DNA of 64,000 nucleotides from Octopus sinensis (Eukaryota): NCBI RefSeq assembly GCF_006345805.1, contig NC_043014.1, positions 26,350,001 to 26,414,000 of the forward strand, read 5' to 3'. Shown piece by piece: positions 24,978 to 38,004 of this stretch (position 1 is its first letter; each line of letters starts with the position of its first letter). The notes under the pieces were generated by a model. It saw only the letters and a program-made list of their open reading frames with translations, ran no database searches and was not told where the DNA came from. The position numbers and the translations under genes were made by a program.

Positions 24978-25170
24978 AGGCGATGAGCTGTCAGAATCGT
25001 TAACACGCTGGATGAAATGCTTAGCAGTATTTCGCCCGTCGCTACGTTCTGAGCTCAAATTCCGCCGAGGTTGATTTTGCTTTCATCCTTTCAGGGTCGA
25101 ACATTGGAGCGATGTAATCGATTCCTCCCCACCACATACAAGGTGCCCTTGTGGTAAAAATTTGAAATAA
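24978..25170 (+). mobile_element. SINE family C
   Basis: ggcgatgagctg(t/g)cagaatcgtta..gctacgttctgag(c/t)tcaaattccgccgagg; also at 48940-49125 (minus) and truncated at ~54470. Confidence 0.7.
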
Positions 25171-25406
25171 TTATTATCTGAACTAACACTGCTGAGTTCC
25201 TGAAGTCGATCCAACGGTAATTGTACCCCGAATGTGGATGACACCAGGCAGGCCAAACTGTGCCAGTGCTCCACTAAACACTTCAACACACTAATCGATA
25301 TATAGCCATTAGACCACATATTAATATATATATATATATATATATATAAAGCGACTGAGGACGTTATTCACCACCAGTATTGCTAGAAGTAAGAGTATTA
25401 TTTACT

Positions 25407-25756
25407 GACAAGGAAGGACAACTCCCAAAGCACCGGGCATAGCAAGATCAAGAGTGATTTCGTGTTTACATTAACGCTCGTCCGTGGCTCACACTAGCGC
25501 CCTGGGTTAAACTCAACTACTCTCGTCAGCTTATAAGATCAACGTAGAAATCATACCGTGATTTCTTAAAAGGTAAACGTATAAATTATAAATATAGGTG
25601 GCTAATTATTAATAGTAATATTAATAATTATAAGCTGACAGGGGTAGTTGAGTTTAACCCAAGGCACTGGTGAGAGCCACTGACAAGCGTTAATGTAAAC
25701 GTGAAATCACTGGTGATTTGGCTTTCCCGGTGCTTAGGGAGCACGTCTCCCTTGTC
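25407..25756. repeat. Fold-back / MITE-like inverted repeat (~130-nt arms, ~90-nt spacer)
   Basis: Arms 25407-25536 and 25628-25756 are diverged reverse complements. Confidence 0.8.
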
Positions 25757-25974
25757 GTACGATATGCAATAGTGGCTATGAGTCGTTTTGACTCATATTT
25801 CTGGTGTTGAATAGAGCCCTCAGTCGCTTTTGTGACGTATATATCTTTTGTCTTTCAGTTGAAAAATTGCTAAAAAGTCACCCTTGTGATATACAAAAGC
25901 AAACACATAATGCAAAAAACTGAACGATGGGATTACCAGGTACGTCAGCTAGCATATATATACTTATCCCTTGG

Positions 25975-27200
25975 TTCAGTTTTTTGCATTATGTGTTTGC
26001 TTTTGTTCTGGTCAAGGTGTTTTTTGTTCTTGTATGTTGAGTTGGTACCTCAGTGTAATTTATATCTTTTTTGTATTGAGTTTGTAATTTATTTCTTCTT
26101 TGTTATGTGAAGTTTGTATGCTACGTGTTTTCACGTTTATGAAGGCTTCTATCATGGTAGAGTTGCTCTCGTTTATACTTATCCTTGTTTTTAGGGGGGT
26201 CTCCTTAAAAGCATTTGAGTGTAAAATATTGCTTGTGTATGCAGGGCGAGGTCTGTTGAATGTATAATATTTAATTTTTCAGTAATTCAGAGTTCCCATT
26301 TGGTACCACGTCATCTGTATTTTTTGGCTTTAGCAATAATATTCCATTCTATTCGGGGGTTGCTTATTCCACCTTCTTTCAATGACCATTTTTATATTTG
26401 ATCCGGTTTGTTTTTGTCTCTGAATGACGCAAGGTGTTGCGTATACCATTCTTTGAACGAGTTTCCTGTCATTCTGATATACGTCTTTCGTATTCCTTTA
26501 GAGTCCGTGATCATAGATTTGTATACGAGTTCTTTCTCTAGACAGCTGTTGTTTACAGGGCAGCAGTTTAAGAATCTGAAGTTGCACTGTCTTTCTGGAG
26601 TATTTCTGGTATGTTTATGTTTATTGGGATTAAGTATTATTGACCCTACATTGGGGGAAGCAACGATAACTAACTTTAACAGTGTTTCTGTTGAAGATTT
26701 TGTGGTATTTGTGTAAATGTGGAAAGTGGTTGTCTATCGGTTTAAGAATTTCGTAGCTATATTACTAGCTACAAATAGCACACAACTTCACATAAGAAGA
26801 AAGAAATAATTCGCAAACTCTACACAAAGAAGAAATAAGTTCCAGTGATGTACAACCTCAACATACATATACAAATACACCATGTTTAGGACAAAAGTAA
26901 ACAAATAATACAAAAAAATCTTTTAAATTACCGAAAAGATAAATCCAAGGGAAGCAATCTAAATAAATGCCTTTTAGAGTAACGTCTCTTGATTCATTGC
27001 TTCATTGTTTCATTTACGCGAATTTACGAGAAATCCCGCGAACGAAACGAAACTGTTTTCCAAAATGGAGGCGAACACTTTTCTCCATGTGATTGGCTTG
27101 AAAAATTGTTAAGATACTAGGATATTTTCCTATTCGTCTTAACATGAAACCAATGGTAGCCTTGATTCACAAATTAGAAAAATTATATATATATTTCCCA
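25975..27200 (-). mobile_element. Penelope-like element fragment (linker + GIY-YIG) between inverted pseudo-LTR pieces
   Basis: Minus [55 protein letters not shown] at 26716-26300. Inverted arms 25975-26120 and 26770-26920. Confidence 0.75.
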
Positions 27201-27216
27201 TTTGGTACCACGTCAT

Positions 27217-27583
27217 CTGGAGTGGCTGTGTGGTAAGTAGCTTGCTAACCAACCACACGGTTGCGGGTTCAGTCCCACTGCGTGGCATCTTGAGCAAGTG
27301 TCTTCTGCTATAGCCCCGGGCCGACCAATGCCTTGTGAGTGGATTTGGTAGACGGAAACTGAAAGAAGCCTGTCGTATATATGTATATATATGTATATGT
27401 GTGTGTGTGTTTGTGTGTCTGTGTTTGTCCCCCTAGCATTGCTTGACAACCGATGCTGGTGTGTTTACGTCCCCGTCACTTAGCGGTTCGGCAAAAAGAG
27501 ACCGATAGAATAAGTACAAAAAGGTGGTGCTCCAGCATGGCCGCAGTCAAATGACTGAAACAAGTAAAAGTGTAAAAGAGTAA
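27217..27583 (+). mobile_element. SINE family A, near full length
   Basis: Head, (TA)/(TG) core and tail in order; ~40-nt deletion in the tail. Confidence 0.85.
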
Positions 27584-27601
27584 ATTTAAATACATGCATA
27601 C

Positions 27602-27633
<32 letters not shown>

Positions 27634-27718
27634 ATATATATATATATGTGTATATATGTATGCATGTATTTAAATATATATATAATTTTTCTAATTTGTG
27701 AATTTTAGATTGATTTAA

Positions 27719-27913
27719 ATTGATCCCTCCCAGAGATAACTTAGCAACTAACATTATGTTGTGACTACAGAATCAGGAGTCTGTTCTGAATAAGTGTAAG
27801 CTCAAGAAGAGATATGCGTGAATCATCGACGGTAGAATTAGCAGCAAGCTAACGAACTAAGAAGTTGGGTGTTTCTGAGGACGACCTAGAACATCTGACA
27901 ACATCATAGGTGG

Positions 27914-28009
<96 letters not shown>

Positions 28010-28159
28010 AGATCAGCAACAATTTAGATTCAAATGAATATGGTACTTAATTTAGATGAACCAGAATTTTGTATGGTGTTACCCATAAAATTTGCGGGGT
28101 AACTATAATCAAAAAACTATAATCAAAAATAATTGTTTCGCACTACAACATATATATAT

Positions 28160-28206
<47 letters not shown>

Positions 28207-28359
28207 TGTAGTGCGAAACAATTGTACCGAATTACCGGAGTCATTCTTGTTGCTTATTTTTGATTATAGTTACCCCGCAAATTTTATGGGTAACACCATA
28301 CAAAATTCTGGTGCATCTAAATTAAGTACCATATTCATTTGAATCTAAATTGTTGCTGA

Positions 28360-28405
<46 letters not shown>

Positions 28406-28457
28406 ATATATATATTATATATATATAATATATATATATTATATAATATATATATAT

Positions 28458-28522
<65 letters not shown>

Positions 28523-28717
28523 CCACCTATGATGTTGTCAGATGTTCTAGGTCGTCCTCAGAAACACCCAACTTCTTTGTTCGTTAGCTTGCTGCTAATT
28601 CTACCGTCGATGATTCACGCATATCTCTTCTTGAGCTTACTCTTATTCAGAACAGACTCCTGATTCTGTAGTCACAACATAATGTTAGTTGCTAAGTTAT
28701 CTCTGGGAGGGATCAAT
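27719..28717. repeat. ~1-kb near-perfect inverted duplication (palindrome)
   Basis: The left arm 27719-~28150 and right arm ~28205-28717 are almost exact reverse complements, with a microsatellite centre. Confidence 0.92.
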
Positions 28718-29140
28718 CTAAACAGCTGGTCCTGACAATATTCCCGTGGTTGTCTTCTGACTGTTGTTACAATTCGCATCATCCGATTTATGGATAAATC
28801 AGGAGTGACATATCCAAAGCATTTAGGGAGGTTTGGCATACTGGTTTGCTTCATAAATTCTCAACCCTTGGTGAGTGTGGAAAGGTCTTTGTCGTCTTCA
28901 GGTCATTTATTCCTTTCTGATCATTGCGTGCATGTAACTATTCAATCAATGCCAGTGTTCCTCAAACTCTATTCTTGGTCCCACTCTGTTTCTCGTCTTC
29001 ATCAAGGACTTTCCTGCTAATGCTTTCCAATTCATCATTGTTTATGCTGATAATTCTACTCTTTATTCTACTCTTTTTTTCTGGCATTCCTTCACCCTTG
29101 ACACGGTTAGAATTTGGTGCTAAACTTGGCTGGATTTAAA
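28520..29140 (+). mobile_element. CR1/Jockey-type LINE RT fragment with internal deletions
   Basis: NSTVDDSRISL, AGPDNIPVVV, DISKAF.EVWHTGLLHKF, INASVPQ and IVYADNSTLYS (YADD box). Confidence 0.8.
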
Positions 29141-29159
29141 TAAAATATTTATTGGATTA

Positions 29160-31530
29160 TAAAATAATACTTCTGTGTTGGTCGAAGGAGTTACACCGGG
29201 TGGGGATTTCCAGTGTTGTTATTAGTCATAATTAACGGAAATTTGTGACTTCTAAGATAGTCCCAATGATTACAAAGGAAGTTTTTGTTAAACACTAAGG
29301 ATGCTATTTAATGTTTGTACGGCATTGTGTATACGTATGGGCTATATAAAGGAATAATAGACAGAGTTGAAGAGTACATAAAAATCATTAAAATCAATAG
29401 GAATTATAACGTGTAAGTGGGTCGGTAGTCTAACTTTCAAGTGAATTTATTATATAAGATTAATTCCCTAGTGTACTACGTAGATTAAAATAGATAGTTC
29501 GATTATTCGGGGTAATTAGTTTTAAAATGTGAAGTGAAGTTATGTTCTAAGGTAAGGGGAGTGTTTAGGGGAGGTAATGAGATGTTAGGCAGGTCCACTA
29601 ATTACCTGTAATGTAGGGATAAGCGATATTTAAAGAATACGTTGGGCTTAGTGATATTTCGAGAATAAGAATTTATCTTTGTGTAAACAAATTTTATTTT
29701 TCTCATCTCGTTTATTAAGTAATTCTGATTTGGCCATTAAAATGAAGAATTTATCGTTTATACATAAATTACATCGATTATTATTAATGTTATATGAAGA
29801 AGTTTTGGCTAGGATACGCCATTCTAATCTATAGTTAATGTTATTGTCTTTCAGTTCTCAGATGTAACTACTTAGTCCGGTAGAGTTCGCTTTACTTCTA
29901 TTTCTCAAATTTGAGCGATGGAAATTATATCTAAGTTTCATTTCATTTTTAGTTGCTCCAATATACGTTTTCTTGTAATTATTTGCGAGTACATCACATT
30001 GGTAGATTACGTTTTTAGTTTTACATATATTTGAGAATTCACAAGTATTTTTATCTCTGCAGCCACATAAATTATGAAGCTTGTCTGTACCTATGATATG
30101 TTGAGGGGGTATTATTTATAAGGTAGTTGTATGCATTATGCATTATTTAGGGAGCTCATTTATTATATCAGATGATTGGTTGTTGTGCTTTATATTGCTA
30201 TTCTACCTAGCTTCATAGAAGGTGTCTAGCTTTTTATTGTTGACAGAAGCTATAATAGTAGGTAGGTTGCTGGTTAAGCTATGGCCTACTTTAATTTTAT
30301 TGCTAAAGATTTCTGAGTATTTGATATTCATATTAAAGTGTTTATTTATAAGTCTCATTATAGATTTAACTATGTTGGCTTTAAGCTGCATCACGAAGGG
30401 GATTATTAGCCAGATGTTATCCTTATTCCGTTTGTTATTTCTAATATTATTCTTTTTGGTGTAGAAACTGTCCTCAGTATTATTGTAGATCGTAAAGTTA
30501 TGGTTATACTTATTATTATTATTATTCTTTGTATTGTTATTTTTATTATTATTACTATCAGATTTATTGGGGTTGCTTCCGTACGATTTATTTATTTAAT
30601 ATATCTCGCTATTATCATTTCTAGCAGGAGCTCTATTGGTTCTTTGAGGTGCGTTACTTTTATTTATATTTTTATTATTATTGATATTATTATTTTTAGT
30701 ATTGTTATTCTTCCCATTATTAGTATTTCTATCGTTATCATTTTTAATGTTATTATTCATATTATTCTCAATTTTATCAATCTTCCTACTATTTTTGTTA
30801 TTACTACTGTTATTCCTATTAATGCTGTTCGTATTGTATTTTGTGGTTATTATAGTCATTTCGGGAATAATTCCTATTATCATAATAGTTTTGAACATTT
30901 ATGTTATTCAGATCATTTTTATAGGTTTCTGAGTAAAGTTATTCAATTTTTTGCGTATAACCTGCTCTTTCTAATGTGCTGTTGTGGAATTCCTTATACT
31001 TATTAAAGATCTTTTTGTTAGAAGACAGATGTGAGATTCTTTTGCTGATGCCTTGTACAAATCCTCTTTTTATAAAGTTAGGGTGGTTGCTAAGTATATT
31101 TATATATTTAAGGTTTGTATTCGGTTTTGTGTAGAGTTCGTGTAGTCCCATGGTTAGGTTGCAGTTAGCATCTAAGTAGTTAATAGAATTATGCTCATTT
31201 TCTTTTGTAGTGGTTAAGTCAAAACGTTTAAAAAACTTAAATAGTTTTTCTTTAGTAGTTCTAGTTTCCTATTTGAGATGTTCTTCAGGATAAATAATGC
31301 ATCGTCTCTGTAGAAGCCTCTTCTGATCTCTGGAAATCCTTCCTGCAAATGTGATAAGTAAATGTCTATTAAGCCGGTTACCTGTGCTGAATTAGGGGCT
31401 CCCATAGTGATGTCGAAGTTTTTCGGGGTATCTTTCCTTACCCATAGTTTGTTACCGTAATTTATTATGGATTTTCTCGCTTCTAAGATTATATATATAT
31501 CCTCCTTCACTCCACATAAACTCACACAGG
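29160..31530 (-). mobile_element. Penelope-like element, RT C-half to GIY-YIG, 5'-truncated
   Basis: FDITMGAP, FYRDDALF, YINILSNHP, NVIYQC..KTYIGATKN, LEWRILAK; Asn-rich insert at ~30500-30940. Confidence 0.88.
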
Positions 31531-31539
31531 AGCATGCAT

Positions 31540-32350
31540 GAAATGACCAAGTACAAACATTTTTCTGTCGAGAAAGTTTATTGGAACTCTAAAATCGTTT
31601 CTGGACTAGTTGAGGGAGAAGGAAGGTGTAGTAACTATAGCAGACTGACATATACTGATAAACAGACATGTGAGAAAATAACAGCATTTCTGTTTCGAAG
31701 TAGTTATTCATTTCCACGATCAAGCTGCTGGAAATAGGCATTGTTGTTCCTTCCATTTCCAGTAGGTCGTAATGGAGAATGTCTTTCATATTCCACCAAA
31801 CACAAAGCAAGGATATTTGTGTATGGAGTTCTGTGTGTGTTGTAGGCATTGGCCTCTTATTACGTGATAACCATTGTCTTTCTCGTTTTCTATTGTGATA
31901 CAAGACCTATTTTCATCATGTGTAACAAATGCTGCAGAAATGACAGGTTGTTATTCCTGGTTAGAAGATTAGAGCTCATGTCGATTTCAAACTCTCTCTT
32001 TGCGTATTTTCCCAATTTGCTTAAGTTTTTCGTGGCTAGTTGAATATGACATTCAATTTTTGCGCCAAATTTCTGGTGCGTTCACATAGATTCTAAACAA
32101 TAGTCTCATTCAAAAGGTTGGCATTCAGAGTGGGTCGCCTTCCAAAGTGAGGCTTGTCGGATATATCCCAATCGCCATCTTAAAACATTTTAAACCACAA
32201 CTGACATATACTAGCTTTCACTGCATCCGGATACACTTCACTAATGCTTTTTATTGCTTTTGTAGCGGTACTTTTCTTTCGAAACTCATACAGTATGCAA
32301 TGGTGAATATGTTTTTTCATGATGTTCTTATCCCCCACGAGGTTAATTAC
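31540..32350 (-). mobile_element. Mariner remnant
   Basis: HIHHCILYEFRK, FVTHDEK, YHNRKRERQWL and LLCVWWNMKDILHYDLL. Confidence 0.8.
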
Positions 32351-32737
32351 AGAAATAACTATGAATTACACACTGTCAGATGGATGAGACAACATACTGC
32401 TTCTAGACAGTTCTCGCCCATTCGACCTTGGGTCTGACGTGATTGGTAGCTTCATATTTCATAGTAGTGAAAAGACGAAATTACTTACCGAACACTCTAA
32501 TATATATACGTGTGCACGTGCATATGTGTATGTGTATATGATTGTGTAGTCACATATGCATATATATATATATATATATATGTCTGTGTTCACATATATA
32601 TGGGTGTCTGTATATATATACATATATGAGTGTATGTTTGCGTAAGTTTCTGTTTGTGTGTATGTGAGTTTCTGTATTATGTATGTATGTATGTATGTAT
32701 GTATGTATGTATGTATATATGTATGTGTGTATATATA

Positions 32738-32830
<93 letters not shown>

Positions 32831-33512
32831 AAATTTTTGTTCTTGGTTTTTAATAAGAAATACCAACATCCAACCATCACCTTAAAAAGCTTTCAAAAGG
32901 CTACAAACTCCCAATATTTCACATTTAACTATATGGAAAGTGGGGAAGCATATTGGATTTTCTGGTGGTGGTCTGGTATTTTTTACGTCGACTATTTCAG
33001 TACAATTCTACGCATGCATGAAGCATCAGAGAAAGTGAAACACTGGTAAGTTTTAGCGTTTGAAAAACGGGTAAGGGGCATTGAGAAAAAAACTTTTAAA
33101 ACATATATATTTCCCAGATTCGTAATCTCTATTTTTCTACGTGAATAAAAGAAAATCAAAAAAGAAGTTGCAAATTAAGAAATTGCGGTGGGGACAGGGT
33201 GAGGAAGGATGGGGGAATTAAAATTTTGAAAATGTGATTTCTGGGCAAAAGCGTAATAACCCACTTTTACACGATGAAACAATACATAATTTGGGATCCT
33301 TCTTAAGAACAGAAAGCACGTTAATGCAAATCCATGTAAATTATACCCTCCCCATCTTCAGTTTTCAGCAAACAATAACTTCCATTACGTCATTATATCT
33401 CAGCTGTGTCGATTCTGCCCATAAGAAAGGAACAAATAATACAATATGGCTGTAGGTCATAACACCCAGGTGACACCGGGATACATTACTAGTGTTTATA
33501 TATATATATATC

Positions 33513-33649
<137 letters not shown>

Positions 33650-33929
33650 CATTTATGTATTATGTGTATACACACACGTACAAACACACACGCACTTATA
33701 TATAGATCGTAAGTACACTAGGACATTGTATGCCTCCGCTCACACATGTGTGCGTCGATAGACACAATAATCATAAGCATGATTTGTAGCAACAAGTACA
33801 TGTAGGCATGGGATTCATGTGTGCGTGCATTTGTATTTATGTGTGTGCGTGCTTTTGTATTTATGTGTGTGTGTGTGCATGTGTGTATATATATGTGTGT
33901 GTGTGTGTGATTTCATCGATAGGGATGTT

Positions 33930-34430
33930 GATGGACTCAGTATTTTAGGATGTAAATAAAATTGTGCCTTCAAAAGGACCACCCCATCTATAGAGAGTAC
34001 TATGCCAAATTGCCGTGGTAGTAATGAATGACTATCAAGACCAAACGTCCAAGAAAACTGACGAAAAGGGTCTTGTTTGATCAAGACAATGTTCCAACGC
34101 AAACGTCTTTTGTTTCAGTGGCTTTCAACAGGTTGATCAGCTTCCCTGTTCTCCTCATTTGGTCCAATCTGCCTATCATCTGTCTCCGAAGAGAAAAAAA
34201 AACACTTTTTAAAAAATCACTCGGTTGCAGCATTGATGACGTCATATCTGCTGTAGATGACGTTTTTGATCAACAGAATGAAAGTTTCTTCGCCAACGGG
34301 ATCCAACCCTGCAACCCCGTTGGAAGATGTATGAGGATCGCAAGGGTGACCGTTTCGAAAAATAAGTCTCATTTGCTTACATTCCTGAGAGTATCTTCGT
34401 CAGCCTATGAAATTTTCAGTCGCCCCTCTT
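33930..34430 (+). mobile_element. Mariner remnant (C-terminal part and right end), same family as 19279
   Basis: IKTKRPRKLTKRVLFDQDN; ends gaaattttcagtcgcccctctta. Confidence 0.7.
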
Positions 34431-36129
34431 AGTTCTATAGCAGTGGGGTGCGGGAGCTGATTGAACAATACGTTAGATTTTTGTTTTGAGATGAGTTCTT
34501 GAAGTTACTGTAATGTGTAAGTTGTCATAAAATACGGTGACTAATTTTAAATTTTGCATACTAACTAGTATTAGTATGTTTCAGTGATTGCATAGAAGTT
34601 CGCCAGTGAGAACGACTGCATCATCGGTCAATAGTAGTCAAATCACCTTCAAATTTCACACTACAGTCTGAAAAACGAAATACATATTGGAAATCTTAGT
34701 CCTGCGTATTCCATTTCAGTAAAACGGAATTAGGCTAAACAACAAACGAAGCGATAAATTCTTTCTCTGAATTTAGTTTACGATGCGAGTGAATATTGGT
34801 CAAGAATAATTGCTAATATGGAGACAAGAGACTGAGGATTTGCATTTATGAAATGGTGTCAAAGTATATGGGAGTGATTACTCAGTTGTAAATGTGATGG
34901 GAATCTGATATATGAGACATGCTTATCGATTAATTGAATGTAAGTTTTTATTATTTTGCATAATACTATGTTCTTATAGTTTCTGAACTGAGGATTAAAC
35001 TTCTAATTATGTTCCAAATTCAATTTCCAAATACACCTAAGTAAACCACAATATGTCTTTGGTTTATGCTTTCGAAGAAAGTATTTTTAATGAATTCTGA
35101 GGATGAACTAGTACTCACAGACGCACACACACACTCAAACAAAGAAGCAAACACACATATATACATATGTATAGATACACAGATACACATATATACATAC
35201 ACACATATTTGTGTGTGTGTATATGTGTGCGTGGGTTTTTCGCGTGTTTGAATGTGTATGCATGTGTGTGTTTGTAATCAACAGATGAAATCCAGAGATT
35301 CTCAGAGTAGACACCTTATGGCACTCAAATGGTACAAACTTTAGTTTGACTACGATGGCTTTTCGCAGAACCAATGCCGTAAACCTTTCAAATTATAACA
35401 CTTCTTTACTTCTTCCGTCTTAATTTTGTAAGTCTGATATATTAATATAAATATCTAAATATCTATACTTAATTATTCATCGCCTGGAAGTCTTTAATCT
35501 TTCCTTTCTCGCATTTTGCATTTATTCATAGATGCATATTTTGTATATCAAACCCAAGCTTTAATATTTAAGTTATTTATGCACATAACTGCGATCATAT
35601 ATATATATGGCATGAAAACCTCTAGAGCATTAGTAGTCTCTGTTCCCCTACCCCTCTAACTTCAACCTACTGGCTTTTTGCTATAATACATTCAAACATA
35701 TCTAAACTGAATTCCTCAAAATGAGGATGGACTTATGGTTTTGACATTTGTACTACCCCTTCCTATATCTATAAATATAAAAATTCTTGTTTGTCTCCAT
35801 TCAACCTAGAATAAAACCCTCTCCCCACTGATAGACATAAATAACAAAGTGAACTCAATGATAAAATCGACAGATGGAGAGTGAACATACTACTATCACA
35901 TTTTTAAGAATGAAATCAACCTCTCTCTATATATATCTACCCTCTTTATAATGTTGGCAAATGAAATAGAGATAAGAATGTGCATTGTTCGTTTAATTGG
36001 AAAATTCTATAAGTGGCTGAAGATTGCTCGACATTTTAAAACTGATGTAATACTTACAGTGTTTAATGAAATGAAGTAGCATGAAACAATTGTACTACCC
36101 TACCTTGGATATCCTTGTTGCTTATTTTG

Positions 36130-36221
<92 letters not shown>

Positions 36222-36231
36222 ATCTATCTAC

Positions 36232-36308
<77 letters not shown>

Positions 36309-36319
36309 GTTTCTTTGTG

Positions 36320-36525
36320 TGTCTGTGCTTATCCCCCCCAACATCGCTTGACAACCGATGCTGGTGTGTTTACGTCCACGTAACTTAGCGGTTCGACAAA
36401 ACAGACCGATAGAATAAGTACTAGGTTTACAAAGAATAAGTCCTGGGGTCGAATTGCTCGACTAAAGGCGGTGCTCCAGCATGGCCGCAGTCAAATGACT
36501 GAAACAAGTAAAAGAGAGAAAGAGA
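36320..36525 (+). mobile_element. SINE family A tail
   Basis: cttgacaaccgatgctggtgtgtttacgtc..ggtgctccagcatggccgcagtcaaatgactgaaacaagtaaaagag. Confidence 0.8.
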
Positions 36526-36551
36526 AATATATATATATATATAATATATAT

Positions 36552-36586
<35 letters not shown>

Positions 36587-36633
36587 TAATATATATTAAT
36601 AATATATGGAATACAGAGATTTATATATCCAGT

Positions 36634-36639
36634 TTTATT
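36634..36639 (-). promoter_or_regulatory. Putative polyadenylation signal (AATAAA) of the helical-protein gene
   Basis: AATAAA on the minus strand ~410 nt after the stop, at the end of non-repetitive sequence. AT-rich context makes a chance match possible. Confidence 0.35.
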
Positions 36640-36810
36640 CTGCTGTCAGTCACGTCTTTTCAATTCTGCACCAACATATGCTTCCACTGAGAAGCTTAGC
36701 CAGCATTTTTAAGTGGAGAAAGTGAATGCGGTAGCCGCTAGGATTACATATCCCAATCAAATTAATTTGGAAATTTACATCTATGTGTGTGTGTGTGGGA
36801 GTGTATGTGT

Positions 36811-36849
<39 letters not shown>

Positions 36850-37049
36850 TGAGTTTGTGTGTTTGTGTGCGTGCGCGTGTGTGCTATGTGTGTGTATATG
36901 TATTCATATATATGTATGTATAAACAAGAATGAAAACAATATCAGGATTTTGTTTACATATTTATTCGGCAGATTCTTCAAATATATTTTCAGTAATAAA
37001 TACAAATATTAACATACATGCTTATGTGTATATGACTTAACATTTCTAC

Positions 37050-37211
37050 TTAGAATATAGGCGCGCTTGTTGGTTTCAATTGCTCCAGGCGTTTGTGGAT
37101 ATCGTTGACCAATGTAGTCCAGGTGGAACCCAATAAAGCTGCCCAAGGTTTGAAGAATTCCAAAGCTTGCTGTGCAACTCTAGCGTTGACGTCGTTGATG
37201 TGGGCGATAAA
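37050..37211 (-). CDS. Coding exon 7, terminal (FIAHINDVNARVAQQALEFFKPWAALLGSTWTTLVNDIHKRLEQLKPTSAPIF*)
   Basis: Acceptor tactttcag, phase 0, TAA at 37050-37052. Whole CDS is 837 nt = 278 aa + stop. Confidence 0.85.
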   Translation of the reverse strand, partial: FIAHINDVNARVAQQALEFFKPWAALLGSTWTTLVNDIHKRLEQLKPTSAPIF

Positions 37212-37812
37212 CTGAAAGTATAAAAAATATGCAATTTCATAAGTATATTCACAGTTGTAAAAGGTAATCTCAAACAAGATATTTCTTCCTCTCTTGCTTT
37301 TATGCTTTTATGACAGTCAATTCCATCGGAGAAAGTCATTTAAGATATCTTGTTTGCTTTTGGCAAAACAATGTCTGAGAATCAGCAGTATATCTTATCA
37401 AAGCTATAGAAGCTTATTACTGGGACTTATTTCATCATTCCCAATCTGTAGTTAGGAGAATATATAATCCGAAATTCAGATCTATATGATACATTCTTCT
37501 ATTTAACATCACAGTACGAAAATTAGACGCAAATTTGAATTATGTAAATTATAATCAAATATCATTCTTATTTAGACCCAAAGAAATTAATAAAGATGGC
37601 GATTATTCACTTCCATTGACACTAGTTGGATATTTCTCGTACGAAGTCTTAAGAGAAATAAATAACTTTACGTCGTGTGTAATTTCTCATTTAATTTTAA
37701 TTTCATTTCATTAAGAGAGTTGGCTATATAAATAGTCAGACAAAAACATTATTACAAAATAGATTTTCAGTACATTTGTAAAACTTCCATATTTCAAAAA
37801 ACGATAACTTAC

Positions 37813-38004
37813 AGTCTTAGCCAAAGTCTTGATATTTTCTATGTGAGGTTTCAGCTTGTCTTTTCCATTGGAAATAGCTTGGTGCAAGAAATCGTGCAAA
37901 TCATGGAACTTTCCGTGAAGGTGGCCGACAATACGACGAAGTGTGTCATTGATTTTATCGAAGATATCGATCAAGTCACGTTTTTGGTGAACGTCGTAGC
38001 TGAC
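37813..38004 (-). CDS. Coding exon 6 (VSYDVHQKR/DLIDIFDKINDTLRRIVGHLHGKFHDLHDFLHQAISNGKDKLKPHIENIKTLAKT)
   Basis: Acceptor tttcatttatgcag, donor ACT|gtaagt, 192 nt, phase 0/0. Contains a KR dibasic site. Confidence 0.87.

Noticed and set aside
26742-26780. 7-bp hairpin followed by GAAA on the minus strand in a pLTR
   Set aside because: No CUGANGA-like strand or stem I; insufficient for a hammerhead call.
30500-31006. 168-aa hydrophobic ORF resembling a membrane protein
   Set aside because: Antisense reading of the (AAT)-rich tract inside the Penelope element.
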